DNA of 60,871 nt from an uncultured Methanosarcinales archaeon (GTDB lineage: Archaea > Nanobdellota > Nanobdellia > Woesearchaeales > GW2011-AR4), in NCBI GenBank assembly GCA_964611745.1, contig CAZTBE010000002.1, forward strand, positions 1-60,871, given 5' to 3'. The position numbers were made by a program, and so were the translations under genes. Shown one piece after another: positions 1-10,051 of the stretch (position 1 is its first letter; the number at the start of each line of letters is the position of its first letter). Under the pieces are notes generated by a model, which saw only the letters and a list, made by a program, of their open reading frames with translations, was not told the DNA's origin and did not search any database.

Positions 1-141
1 AAAGTGTTTCGTTTTCTATGCTTTGTTTTCATTTATTATTTAAACGTAATTCTGTATGTGAATTTTTACTAAAATCTAAGATATGGTGATTAAGGAAAAT
101 ATTAAAAATAAATTCATATTCTTAACATAAACTTAATTGAT

Positions 142-438
142 TTGGCCAAAATAATAAACAAAAGATTTAAAATAGTTATGGAATATGCGCATATAAATAA
201 GGTGACAAAAATTAAAAAACAATTTAGAATGATATTTGCTTCTTTCTTTGTATTAACTGTATTAGGTGAAGGAGTATTAGCCTACTTAGATCCAGGAACT
301 GGTTCGGCAATTGGAGGGGCTTTATGGCCTTTAATAATAGCTTTTTTCTCGGCTATATTCGCATTTATAGTTAAATATTTTTGGAATCCAATAAAAAAAG
401 TTTTTTCTAAGCTGAATGGCTTTGCAAAATCTAAGTGA
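142..438 (+). CDS. small membrane protein with Y-L-D-P-G-T-G-S motif
   Basis: 98-aa ORF with TTG at 142 and in-frame ATGs at 178 and 229. Hydrophobic stretches FASFFVLTVLG and LWPLIIAFFSAIFAFIV. Ends 7 nt before the next ORF. No family recognised. Confidence 0.5.
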   Translation: MAKIINKRFKIVMEYAHINKVTKIKKQFRMIFASFFVLTVLGEGVLAYLDPGTGSAIGGALWPLIIAFFSAIFAFIVKYFWNPIKKVFSKLNGFAKSK

Positions 439-445
439 ATAACAT

Positions 446-2215
446 ATGAAAAATAAAGTCCTAATTATTGGAATAGATGCTATGGATTCCAGAATAGTCG
501 ATGAACTAGAACTTCCAAATCTAAAAAGCCTAGAAACATACACCAAATTACAAACTACAATTCCACCTGAGACTCCAGTAGCATGGAGTGCGGCATCTAC
601 TGGAACAAATCCGGGAAAATATGGGATTTTTGATTTCATTAATCGAGATCTGCAAACATATATGCCAAGATTGAACTTAGCAATCGAAAAAAGAGGTATT
701 GTTAAGACAGAATTTTTTTCGCTTATGAAAGGTATACCTTTTTGGAGAATATTAAGTGAAAATAACATTCCCTCTACTATAATAAGATGGCCAGTTACAT
801 TTCCCCCGGAAAAGATAAATGGCAAAATGCTCTCAGGCCTAGGCACTGTCGATATAAAAGGTATGTTAAACAAATATTCTTTCTATACTGATGGTAATTT
901 TAATGGAGATGAAGAGAGCACTGGAAATATAATACCCATAGAAATACAAAATAATGTAATAGAGACATATATTTCTGGCCCTTTGATAAATAAGGGTGGT
1001 GAGCTTAAAGATGTAAAGAAACTTATTTCTATAATACTTAAAGAGGATAAATTAATTATAAAAATCGATAATAAAGATTATGAAATAGGATTAAAATGTT
1101 GGAGCGAGATGATCAAAACCAAATTCAAAGTATATTTTATGAGTGTATATGGCATATTTAAAATATACCTTGAATCTATAAAACCAACTTTCAAGATGTA
1201 TATGACTTCTGTACAGATAGATCCTGAAAACCAAATTTATGATATAACTTATCCTAAAGACTATGGCAAAGAACTTGAAGATAATATAGGATTATTTCAT
1301 ACATTAGGTATGCCCGAGGATACTAAAGCTGTTACTGAAAATAAAATTAGCGAGTCTGTTTTTATAGAACAAGTTAAGCAAATAGAAGAAGAGAGGAAAA
1401 AAATGTTCATATATGAATTCAAGAGATTTAATGAAGGTGCTTTAGCTTGCGTGTTTGATGCTGGCGATAGGCTTAAACATATATTTTGGAACAATAGATT
1501 AGATGATGATAGAGATGTAATAAAAAACTTATCGAAAGAGATAAAAGATTATTATGCTGAAAAAGACAAATTTATTGGGAACGTTATTTCTCAACTAGAT
1601 AAAAATACAAAATTCATAATATTTTCTGATCATGGTTTTAGTACATTCAAAAGGCAAGTAAATATCAATTCGTGGCTAGTAAAAGAAGGTTTTATGAAAT
1701 CTGATGGCAAGGGCATATTATTTGAATCTGTTGATTGGAATAGCACACAAGCATATTCTCTAGGTTTTACAAGTATATATTTGAATCTAAAAGGAAGAGA
1801 AAGAAAGGGTATTGTAAATTATGGAGAAAAAAATGATATAATAAACGAAATAATAAGGAAACTTAAAAATATTAAGGATGGAAGCAAAACAGTTCTTACT
1901 AATATATATAAAGGAAGTGAAATTTACCATGGTAAATATATAGATTTAGCTCCCGATATCGTTTTAGGATTTTCACCAGGTTACAGAATGTCTTGGAAGA
2001 ATGCAAGTGGAGGCATAGAAGACGAAATAATTTATGATAACACAGAAAAATGGAGAGGCGATCACTTAATAGATAGAACTCATGTTCCTGGTGTTTTATT
2101 CACAAACTTTAAAATAAAGAGAGATAATCCCGCTATACTTGACATTGCACCTACAGTACTTAAACTTTTAGATGTTAAAATTCCTGACTATATTGATGGA
2201 GATGTGTTAATATGA
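446..2215 (+). CDS. alkaline-phosphatase-superfamily enzyme, type I phosphodiesterase/nucleotide pyrophosphatase-like
   Basis: 589 aa. Motifs: LIIGIDAMD near the N-terminus, PPETPVAWSAASTG (Thr nucleophile context), FSDHGF and RGDH. Its stop overlaps the cysD start (ATGA at 2212-2215). Confidence 0.8.
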   Translation: MKNKVLIIGIDAMDSRIVDELELPNLKSLETYTKLQTTIPPETPVAWSAASTGTNPGKYGIFDFINRDLQTYMPRLNLAIEKRGIVKTEFFSLMKGIPFWRILSENNIPSTIIRWPVTFPPEKINGKMLSGLGTVDIKGMLNKYSFYTDGNFNGDEESTGNIIPIEIQNNVIETYISGPLINKGGELKDVKKLISIILKEDKLIIKIDNKDYEIGLKCWSEMIKTKFKVYFMSVYGIFKIYLESIKPTFKMYMTSVQIDPENQIYDITYPKDYGKELEDNIGLFHTLGMPEDTKAVTENKISESVFIEQVKQIEEERKKMFIYEFKRFNEGALACVFDAGDRLKHIFWNNRLDDDRDVIKNLSKEIKDYYAEKDKFIGNVISQLDKNTKFIIFSDHGFSTFKRQVNINSWLVKEGFMKSDGKGILFESVDWNSTQAYSLGFTSIYLNLKGRERKGIVNYGEKNDIINEIIRKLKNIKDGSKTVLTNIYKGSEIYHGKYIDLAPDIVLGFSPGYRMSWKNASGGIEDEIIYDNTEKWRGDHLIDRTHVPGVLFTNFKIKRDNPAILDIAPTVLKLLDVKIPDYIDGDVLI

Positions 2216-3015
2216 ATCATTTGGATGAATTAGAAAATAATAGCATCTATATCATCAGAGAGGCATATAAGCAATTTAAAAATATAGGTGTACTGTGGAG
2301 TATTGGAAAAGACTCTACTACATTAGTATGGCTTTGCAGAAAAGCTTTTTTTGGAAAGGTTCCATTCCCAGCAATCCATATAGATACAACTTATAAATTT
2401 CCAGAGATGTATAAATTTAGAGACTTTTTTGCAAAAGAATGGGAACTTAAATTGATGGTTGAAAAAAATCAAGAAGCTATTGATAAAGGAATAGGCTACG
2501 GAACTCACGATGCCTTTACTTGCTGCCATGAATTAAAAACAGTCGCTCTACAAAAATCGATTAAAAAACACAGCTTCAAGGCACTTCTTGTAGGAATAAG
2601 AAGAGACGAACATGGAATTCGTGCAAAAGAACGCTATTTCTCTCCAAGAGATATACAATTTAGGTGGGATTACAAAAACCAACCTGCTGAACTTTGGGAT
2701 CAATATAAAAGTAATGTCAAAGAAGATCAGCATATTAGAGTGCATCCTCTTCTTGGATGGACTGAGCTTGATGTGTGGGAATATATTAGAAGAGAAAATA
2801 TACCAATAAATGAGCTCTATTTCGCAAAAAACAGCAAGAGGTACAGAAGTCTTGGAGACATGCCAATTACTAAGCCTATAGAATCAAATGCAGACACTGT
2901 TGATAAGATAATAGAAGAATTGAAAATAACTAAAATTGCTGAAAGAAGCGGCAGATCTCAAGATAAAGAACAGGCTTATACAATGCAAAAATTAAGAAGT
3001 TTAGGTTATATGTGA
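2212..3015 (+). CDS. cysD: sulfate adenylyltransferase subunit 2 (PAPS-reductase/PP-loop fold)
   Basis: 267 aa with PP-loop motif SIGKDSTTLVWL. Length and order (directly upstream of a CysN-like GTPase) are typical of CysD. Confidence 0.9.
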   Translation: MNHLDELENNSIYIIREAYKQFKNIGVLWSIGKDSTTLVWLCRKAFFGKVPFPAIHIDTTYKFPEMYKFRDFFAKEWELKLMVEKNQEAIDKGIGYGTHDAFTCCHELKTVALQKSIKKHSFKALLVGIRRDEHGIRAKERYFSPRDIQFRWDYKNQPAELWDQYKSNVKEDQHIRVHPLLGWTELDVWEYIRRENIPINELYFAKNSKRYRSLGDMPITKPIESNADTVDKIIEELKITKIAERSGRSQDKEQAYTMQKLRSLGYM

Positions 3016-3018
3016 CAA

Positions 3019-4263
3019 ATGGAAAAAGAATGCATGAACATAGTAATCGTAGGCCACGTTGACCATGGTAAAAGTACGTTGATAGGCAGATTATTATACG
3101 ATACAAATTCGATTCCAGAAGGAATATTTGAGGAAGTTAAAAAAGTTTCTGAAGAATTAGGGAAAGAAACAGAATTTGCATATCTCCTTGATTCACTAGA
3201 GGAAGAAAGAAAGCTAAATATAACAATAGATACTACACAAATATTTTTCAAGAGCCCTAAAAAAGATTATGTAATAATAGATGCTCCAGGACATAAAGAA
3301 TTTCTAAAAAACATGATAACTGGGGCTTCATTAGCTAATGCTGCTATATTGATTATAGATTCAAATGACGGTATTCAGGAGCAGACTAAAAGACACGCTT
3401 ATATTTTAAGTATGCTTGGATTAAGACAAGTAATAGTTGTTGTTAATAAAATGGATATTACAGGTTATAATAGTGTCAAATTCAATAAAATAAAAGAAGA
3501 TATTTTAAAATTTCTTAGTAAATTAAACATAAGACCAAAATATATTATTCCTATTTCTGCTATAAAAGGAGACAATATTATTAAGAAATCTAAAAATATG
3601 CCTTGGTACAATAATTTAAGTGTATTGGAAGCTTTAGACAATTTAAATGCAAAACAAACTTTGTCAAATCAACCATTAAGGTTCCCTGTGCAGGACGTTT
3701 ATGAAATAAATAATAAAAGAATTTTAGTAGGAAAAATAGAATCAGGAAGATTAAAACAGCATGATGAGATTATCTTTCTTCCTTCAAATAAAAAATCTGA
3801 AATAAAATCAATAGAGGTTTGGAATAAAAATAAAACACATGCCGAATCTGGAGAATGTGTTGGAGTAACATTAAAAGAACCTTTGTGTATTGAGAGGGGG
3901 GAAGTGATCTGTTCAGAAGTTTCTCCAAGGATAACAAATAAATTTGAAGCAAATATTTTTTGGATGTCAAAAAACCCAACAAAAATTAATGAGAAATTAA
4001 TCTTGAAATGTGCAACCCAGGAAGTGAAATATATAATAGAGAAAATTAAGAAGAAAATCAATTCTTCTACTTTAGAGGGCATAGATGAGGACTGTGATGA
4101 ATTGAAAGAGACAGAAGTGGGGAATGTAATAATAAAGACTGAAAAACCAATTGTTATAGAAAATTTTAATTATATAGAGGGGTTAGGTAGATTTGTTCTT
4201 GTCAAAAATGACATTATTGTTTCAGGAGGAATTATACCTAATGAGGTTCTTAGATCATATTAA
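3019..4263 (+). CDS. cysN: sulfate adenylyltransferase subunit 1 (GTPase), no fused APS-kinase domain
   Basis: 414 aa. G1 [16 protein letters not shown]3 DAPGH, G4 NKMD. Too short to carry the C-terminal CysC domain. Confidence 0.9.
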   Translation: MEKECMNIVIVGHVDHGKSTLIGRLLYDTNSIPEGIFEEVKKVSEELGKETEFAYLLDSLEEERKLNITIDTTQIFFKSPKKDYVIIDAPGHKEFLKNMITGASLANAAILIIDSNDGIQEQTKRHAYILSMLGLRQVIVVVNKMDITGYNSVKFNKIKEDILKFLSKLNIRPKYIIPISAIKGDNIIKKSKNMPWYNNLSVLEALDNLNAKQTLSNQPLRFPVQDVYEINNKRILVGKIESGRLKQHDEIIFLPSNKKSEIKSIEVWNKNKTHAESGECVGVTLKEPLCIERGEVICSEVSPRITNKFEANIFWMSKNPTKINEKLILKCATQEVKYIIEKIKKKINSSTLEGIDEDCDELKETEVGNVIIKTEKPIVIENFNYIEGLGRFVLVKNDIIVSGGIIPNEVLRSY

Positions 4264-6115
4264 ATTAGCAGGCTTTACTGGACTAACAGTAGGAATGCTG
4301 TTTGGGGTAATAGATTCTATGGTCAGAGTTATGGCCTGGAGTTTTGAATGGTTTGAATTATATCAAACATTACTGGTATCGGCTGTATTAGCCACTCTAG
4401 GATTTGTCATAGTGGGTATTTTTATAGAACTATTCGGAAAAGCTTTAAGGTTAAACTTTACGAAAAAAAACTTACTTGTTTTTTATGTTGTAAGTTCTAT
4501 ATTGGTTATGCTGCTTGTTTATGGAGAAATTTTTATCAATTTTAAATTGTTTGATGCTTTCACTAGATCCTATCAGCCAAGAATTGTAGTAAGCTTACTA
4601 TTCCCCTTAATCGTTGGTTTGATTTATATTGCATTATTAACCAAAGGAAAGGAGATTGTATTGTATATAGTGAATTACACTCAAAGAAAAAAATTAAAAG
4701 TGTTAGCTAAAAATTTTATTTTTGTAGTACTTATTTTTATCATAACTAGCTTTCTAGTGGATATATACTTCTTGAATTCTATACAAAATTATTCATATAA
4801 TAAAGAAACAAATGAAGTCCCAAATGTAGTCTTCATAACACTAGATACTGTAAGGGCAGATCACCTTTCTCTTTATGGCTACTATTTGAATACCAGCCCC
4901 AATATAGATAATCTTGCTAAAGATTCTGTTGTATTTGATAATGCTGTGTCTCCTTCACCATGGACGCTTCCAAGCCATGCATCATTTTTTTCAGGAAAAT
5001 ATTTGTTCAACCATAATGCTACAATAGCAAATCAGCATCTTGATAACACTGAAACAACTTTGGCGGAAATTTTAAGGGCAAAAGGTTATAATACTGCTGG
5101 ATTTGTAGGAGGCCCATACACAAAAAAAAAATATGGAATTGGACAGGGCTTTGAAACATATAAGGACAGAATTGATTTTTTTGAATATGTGCAGACCTTT
5201 AATAACTGGGGTATCACCTATATTATTACTGAATTCTTTCCAGGGGTTTATAAAATATTAGGTTCTGATGGTTTTAGATCTTCAGAAGATTTAAACAAAG
5301 ATATTTTTGCATGGCTTGATAAAAACAGCAAACAATCTTTTTTCATGTTTATAAATTATTTTGATGCTCATGATCCTTATAACTTAGGGAGCGAATTTAG
5401 AGACCAATTTGTAAATGAAACAAAAAAGTATCCAGATATTGATTTATGGAACTTTGAACGATATAAAAGTATTTCTGAAGACACTATCTACCACTTGAGT
5501 AGACTTTATGATACTGAGATATTCTTTCTTGACTATCATCTTGGAAAGTTTGTCAACAAGCTTGATGAATTAGGCATCAAAAATAATACCATTATAATTA
5601 TAACAGCGGACCATGGAGAAGAATTCTATGACCATGGTGGTTTCCTTCATACTCAAACACTTTATGAGGAAGTTATTCATGTCCCTTTGATTATTTATTA
5701 TCCAAAAGAGTTTAAGAGTAAAAGCATACATAACAGAGTAGAAGCAATGGCCATTTTTCCTACTATTTTGGATATCCTTGATGTAGAGATTCCCAGAGAT
5801 ATTGATGCAACTAGTCTTTTGCCGCTTATAAATAATGAACAGGGCTATAATAAGAAATATGCCTTCTCTGAATTATTCAGTAAACCAAGACGGAGTGATC
5901 AACCGATATCGGCAAATTTACAGTTTAAATCAATTTCCGATGATAACTGGAAAATTATAGAAGCAGAACCGAATATAGAGATTTTACCCCCTTCCCTTTT
6001 TAATTTAAAAACTGATCCAAGAGAACAAAAGAATTTTTATGATGTCTACCCTAATAAAAGAAAAGAGTTGCAGAAATTAATAGCCTCTTTAACAGAGGAC
6101 GACGAACAAAAGTAA
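4241..6115 (+). CDS. membrane-anchored sulfatase-fold (AP superfamily) protein with Thr/His in place of the Cys/Arg of the formylglycine motif
   Basis: The ORF opens at TTG 4193. ATG 4241 is preceded by AGGAGG (4223-4228). Several N-terminal TM helices are followed by [28 protein letters not shown] and [14 protein letters not shown]. Confidence 0.8.
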   Translation: MRFLDHIKLAGFTGLTVGMLFGVIDSMVRVMAWSFEWFELYQTLLVSAVLATLGFVIVGIFIELFGKALRLNFTKKNLLVFYVVSSILVMLLVYGEIFINFKLFDAFTRSYQPRIVVSLLFPLIVGLIYIALLTKGKEIVLYIVNYTQRKKLKVLAKNFIFVVLIFIITSFLVDIYFLNSIQNYSYNKETNEVPNVVFITLDTVRADHLSLYGYYLNTSPNIDNLAKDSVVFDNAVSPSPWTLPSHASFFSGKYLFNHNATIANQHLDNTETTLAEILRAKGYNTAGFVGGPYTKKKYGIGQGFETYKDRIDFFEYVQTFNNWGITYIITEFFPGVYKILGSDGFRSSEDLNKDIFAWLDKNSKQSFFMFINYFDAHDPYNLGSEFRDQFVNETKKYPDIDLWNFERYKSISEDTIYHLSRLYDTEIFFLDYHLGKFVNKLDELGIKNNTIIIITADHGEEFYDHGGFLHTQTLYEEVIHVPLIIYYPKEFKSKSIHNRVEAMAIFPTILDILDVEIPRDIDATSLLPLINNEQGYNKKYAFSELFSKPRRSDQPISANLQFKSISDDNWKIIEAEPNIEILPPSLFNLKTDPREQKNFYDVYPNKRKELQKLIASLTEDDEQK

Positions 6116-6299
6116 GTGTAAATAAAACCTGTATTAATTTATTCTATATTCATCCTTCTGAAAATTAGAAATAATAATATTATAAAGAACTAAAAACCTA
6201 ATTTGTAAAAAATCAGTAAACTTTTTAAACGGATAAGCATGAGCTAAAACCACTAAAATATAATAAAATCCTAGAGTTCAACTATTTGGGGGTAAAATA

Positions 6300-7502
6300 A
6301 TGGAAGATAATGTAGATGGTAAGTTTGATGTTGCCATAGTTGGAGGTTTAGGACATGTTGGGCTTCCATTGGGCATTGTTTTTGCAGATAAAGGGTTAAA
6401 TGTGTGTTTATGCGATATTGATAAGAAAAATGCACAACTTGTTGAAAAAGGAGTTATGCCCTTTATAGAATATGGTGCTGAACCCCTACTTAAAAAAGCA
6501 CTTGCAGATGGAAAACTAACGGTTTCCCTTGACAATGAAAGCGTTTCAAAAGCAAAATATGTTGTCATTGCTATTGGAACTCCCGTGGATGAATATTTGA
6601 ACCCTAAGACAAGACAATTTCTTGAATTTTTTATTAGTCTTAAGAAGCATCTCCATGAAGACCAGATAATCATCATCCGCAGTACAGTATATCCTCATAC
6701 ATGCCAGCAAATCGTAAATTTATTGGGTGATGGAGATTGGCATATTGCCTATTGTCCTGAGCGTATTGTGCAAGGCTATGCAGTAAAAGAATTAAAAGAA
6801 CTGCCCCAAATTGTTGCAGGCTTGAGTGAGAAAGCAATAGAAGAATCTTCTAAACTGTTCAATAAGATTTCTCCTAAGATTGTAAGAACTCCAATAGGGG
6901 AAGCAGAGATGATAAAGCTTTTTTCCAATGCATGGAGATACATCCAATTTGCTGTTGCAAACCAGTTCTATATGATTTCGCATAACTTTGGAGTTGATTA
7001 TGATAAAATTAGGTCTGCTATGAGGGAAGGATATGAAAGAGCGCATTCTTTACCTGGTGCTGGTTTCGCTGCAGGTCCATGTTTGCTTAAAGATACAATG
7101 CAATTGTCTGCTTTTAACAGCAATAACTTCCTGTTGGGCCATGCTGCAATGATGATAAATGAAGGGCTACCAAATTTCCTTGTAGAAAACTTAAGGAAAA
7201 AACACGATTTAAGTAAAAAAAAAGTGGGCATTTTAGGCATGGCATTTAAGTCGGATATAGATGATGTCAGAGATTCCCTTTCCTTTAAGCTTGGCAAAAT
7301 ACTGAGGTTCCACGGAGCTAAAGTTTACTATTCAGATGAGTATGCAAAAAACCAAGATTTTGTATCTAAAGAAGAATTAATAAAATCAAGTGATATTGTC
7401 ATTGTAGCAGTACCGCATTCTGCATATAAAAATTTGATTATACCTAAAAATATTGAAGTTGTCGATCTTTGGAATGTAACTGAGAAAAAACAACATAATT
7501 GA
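6300..7502 (+). CDS. nucleotide-sugar 6-dehydrogenase (UDP-glucose/GDP-mannose dehydrogenase family)
   Basis: 400 aa. Rossmann motif VAIVGGLGHVGLPLG, catalytic Cys context AAGPCLLKD, C-terminal UDP-binding-type domain (GMAFKSDIDDVRDS). GGGGT ribosome-binding site upstream. Confidence 0.85.
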   Translation: MEDNVDGKFDVAIVGGLGHVGLPLGIVFADKGLNVCLCDIDKKNAQLVEKGVMPFIEYGAEPLLKKALADGKLTVSLDNESVSKAKYVVIAIGTPVDEYLNPKTRQFLEFFISLKKHLHEDQIIIIRSTVYPHTCQQIVNLLGDGDWHIAYCPERIVQGYAVKELKELPQIVAGLSEKAIEESSKLFNKISPKIVRTPIGEAEMIKLFSNAWRYIQFAVANQFYMISHNFGVDYDKIRSAMREGYERAHSLPGAGFAAGPCLLKDTMQLSAFNSNNFLLGHAAMMINEGLPNFLVENLRKKHDLSKKKVGILGMAFKSDIDDVRDSLSFKLGKILRFHGAKVYYSDEYAKNQDFVSKEELIKSSDIVIVAVPHSAYKNLIIPKNIEVVDLWNVTEKKQHN

Positions 7503-7526
7503 TCATTTTTATTGATTCATATCTAC

Positions 7527-8294
7527 ATGGCATACAAAAACATACTTTTGACCGGCAGTTCAGGAGAACTTGGAAAAACTATAATTAAATTGAATTACTT
7601 TCCATCTTTATTAACACCTTCAAGCAAAGAATTAGATATAACAAAACCAGAATCCATCCAAAACTTCTTTGACAATAATAATTTTGACGGAGTAATTCAT
7701 TGCGCAGCATTGGCAAGGATGAAGGAATGCGAAGAAAATCCAGCAAAGGCAATAACTACAAATATAATTGGCACAGGCAATCTTGTTAAAGAGGTAATTA
7801 GAAAGGAAAAAGCATCAAGAAGAAAAATAAGATTTGTTCATATGTCTACTGATGGGGTTTATTCCGGAATTAAAGGAAATTATACTGAAAAAGACGAAAC
7901 ATCCCCTTATAATGTATATGGTTTGACAAAATTAGGAGCAGAATGCACAGTAAGAACACTTTCAAATTTCTGCATCATACGCACAAGTTTTTTTGATCCT
8001 GAAAACATAGAATTTGATACTGCTGCTGTGGATGCATACTCCTCAAAAGTCCCAATCAGTTATCTGGTTAAGGCTATTAAAATTATGTTCGATTATGATT
8101 TTGCAGGGGTTATTAATATCGGAAGAGAAAGGAGATCTGATTATGAACATTACAAAGAGTTCAAACCAGAAATTAAAAAATGCGGGCTTAAGGATATACT
8201 GAAGACAGTCCCTTTTGCCATGGCCAAAGACGCTTCAATGGATTGCAGTTTATGGGGGAAAATAGAGAAGGAAAATGGTACTATCAAGAAATAA
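7527..8294 (+). CDS. short RmlD-like NAD(P)-dependent sugar reductase
   Basis: LLTGSSGELGK glycine-rich motif, HCAALARMKECEEN, STDGVY, YGLTKLGAE (YxxxK). The ORF opens at TTG 7512; the first ATG is 7527. Paralogue of 14433..15155. Confidence 0.7.
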   Translation: MAYKNILLTGSSGELGKTIIKLNYFPSLLTPSSKELDITKPESIQNFFDNNNFDGVIHCAALARMKECEENPAKAITTNIIGTGNLVKEVIRKEKASRRKIRFVHMSTDGVYSGIKGNYTEKDETSPYNVYGLTKLGAECTVRTLSNFCIIRTSFFDPENIEFDTAAVDAYSSKVPISYLVKAIKIMFDYDFAGVINIGRERRSDYEHYKEFKPEIKKCGLKDILKTVPFAMAKDASMDCSLWGKIEKENGTIKK

Positions 8295-9054
8295 GATAAA
8301 ACTATCTGTTGTGGTTCCCGTGCTTAATGAGGGGGATAATCTTAAGGTATTGCTGCCAATACTGAAAGCTATGATAAATGTTCCTCACGAAATTTTGATT
8401 GTATATGATATTGTTAATGATGACAGCATTCCTGTTGTAAAGTCAATGCAAAAAAACTATACTAGATTGAGGCTGGTGCATAACAAACTTGGCAGGGGAG
8501 TAATAAATGCTATAAAATCCGGTGTAAATGAGTCCAGCGGAGAGTATGTACTTACCATTGCGGCAGACGATATAGGGCCGCCATTGGCTATCAATGATAT
8601 GATAATCTTGATGGATAAAGGATGTGAACTGGTTAATGGAACAAGATATAAATATGGCGGCAAGAATGCAGGAGGAGTCTTCATAAGCAGGCTGCTTTCC
8701 ACTACTGCAAACAACATCTTTCATGTATTATCCGGCTCTGCTTTAACAGATCCTACTTTTGGAGTAAAAATGTTTAAGCGCTCTAAATTCAATCAACTTA
8801 ATCTGGAATCGAACCCTATTGGGTGGGCAGTGTCTTTTGAGTTTGCAATCAAGGCTCAGGCAGCAGGATGGAAACTTGGAGAAGTTCCTTTAATCTCGCT
8901 AAACAGATTATACGGAAAAGGCAAATCTACCTTTAGGCTTAACTGGATCAAGGAATATATGAAATGGTTTTTATTTGGAACTAAGAGACTATTGTTAAGA
9001 AGAAGAAAAAACAGGGTCCTTGTTAGAATACCTGACAACTTAAAATCCGGTTAA
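8275..9054 (+). CDS. GT2 glycosyltransferase, dolichyl/polyprenyl-phosphate sugar synthase-like
   Basis: LSVVVPVLNEGDNL N-terminal GT-A motif and an AADD acidic motif. About 260 aa. Confidence 0.8.
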   Translation: MVLSRNKIKLSVVVPVLNEGDNLKVLLPILKAMINVPHEILIVYDIVNDDSIPVVKSMQKNYTRLRLVHNKLGRGVINAIKSGVNESSGEYVLTIAADDIGPPLAINDMIILMDKGCELVNGTRYKYGGKNAGGVFISRLLSTTANNIFHVLSGSALTDPTFGVKMFKRSKFNQLNLESNPIGWAVSFEFAIKAQAAGWKLGEVPLISLNRLYGKGKSTFRLNWIKEYMKWFLFGTKRLLLRRRKNRVLVRIPDNLKSG

Positions 9055-9055
9055 A

Positions 9056-10045
9056 ATGAAAGATAAAAAATATTTAGTAACAGGAGGAACAGGGTTTATT
9101 GGCAGTGCACTAGTTAAACGTTTAGTAAAAGAAGGATATTTTGTCAGGGTCATGGATAATGATATCAGGGGAACAGCAGAAAGGCTGAAAGAAATTGCTG
9201 ATAAAATTGAGCTTGTACAGGCAGATATAAGAAATGCTGGGGAAGTGCAGAAAGCATGCAAGGGAATGGATAGTGTGATACATCTTGCCTATATTAATGG
9301 CACTGAATATTTCTATAATATGCCTGAGCTTGTACTGGAAGTTGGAGTTAAAGGGATTATCAATGTTATAGATGGTTGTATCAAAGAAAATGTTAAAGAA
9401 CTGGTGTTGGCATCAAGCTCTGAAGTTTACCAAACACCAAAAAAGATTCCAACAGATGAGACTGCACCTTTGTCTATACCAGATCCACTGAATCCTAGAT
9501 ATTCTTATGGCGGTGGAAAGATAATTTCTGAGCTGCTTACAATAAATTATGGCAGGAAGCATTTTGACAGGGTTGTTATTTTCAGGCCACATAATGTTTA
9601 TGGCCCAGATATGGGGTGGGAGCATGTCATTCCACAATTTGTGCTTAGGATGAAAGATATCTGCAGCAAGAGTAAAGATAAAAAAGTTGAATTCCCAATT
9701 CAAGGTAGTGGCAAAGAAACGAGAGCTTTTGTTTATATAGATGATTTCATTGATGGTCTTATGTTAGTTTTGGAAAAAGGAGAGAATTTAGGAATATATC
9801 ATATTGGCACTATGGATGAAATTTCAATAAAAGATGTTGCAGCTGAAGTTGGAAAATATTTTGGAAAGGACGTTGAGATTGCTTCTGGTGAAGAAGCAAA
9901 AGGAGGCACACCACGAAGATGCCCGGACATTACAAAATTAAAAAAATTAGGGTATAAACCTAAAGTTCTTTTTAGCAAAGGCTTAAAAATTACAGCAAAA
10001 TGGTACGATGAAAATGCCGGTAAAATACAAAAAATACAAAAGTGA
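9056..10045 (+). CDS. extended SDR NAD-dependent sugar epimerase/dehydratase
   Basis: VTGGTGFIGSALV, SSSEVY, YSYGGGK (YxxxK), RRCPDITK tail. Paralogue of 15186..16238. Confidence 0.85.
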   Translation: MKDKKYLVTGGTGFIGSALVKRLVKEGYFVRVMDNDIRGTAERLKEIADKIELVQADIRNAGEVQKACKGMDSVIHLAYINGTEYFYNMPELVLEVGVKGIINVIDGCIKENVKELVLASSSEVYQTPKKIPTDETAPLSIPDPLNPRYSYGGGKIISELLTINYGRKHFDRVVIFRPHNVYGPDMGWEHVIPQFVLRMKDICSKSKDKKVEFPIQGSGKETRAFVYIDDFIDGLMLVLEKGENLGIYHIGTMDEISIKDVAAEVGKYFGKDVEIASGEEAKGGTPRRCPDITKLKKLGYKPKVLFSKGLKITAKWYDENAGKIQKIQK

Positions 10046-10051
10046 AATCAT

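Noticed and set aside
1-32. Possible start of a minus-strand gene running off the left edge (ATG complement at 30-32, MKTKHRKRNT...)
   Set aside because: Only 10 codons are visible. That is not enough to support a call.
331-873. 180-aa minus-strand ORF, and many similar antisense ORFs in the track (for example 6278..6676, 3699..4082, 28098..28493, 46119..46589, 60160..60630, 56153..56453)
   Set aside because: Each lies entirely inside a longer opposite-strand gene with clear family motifs. Their translations are low-complexity Ser/Phe/Ile-rich shadows typical of AT-rich DNA.
4193-4240. Longer TTG start for the sulfatase-fold gene
   Set aside because: It would overlap cysN by 71 nt. ATG 4241 is preceded by AGGAGG and still leaves a 23-nt overlap. 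Either start is possible, so the shorter form is reported.
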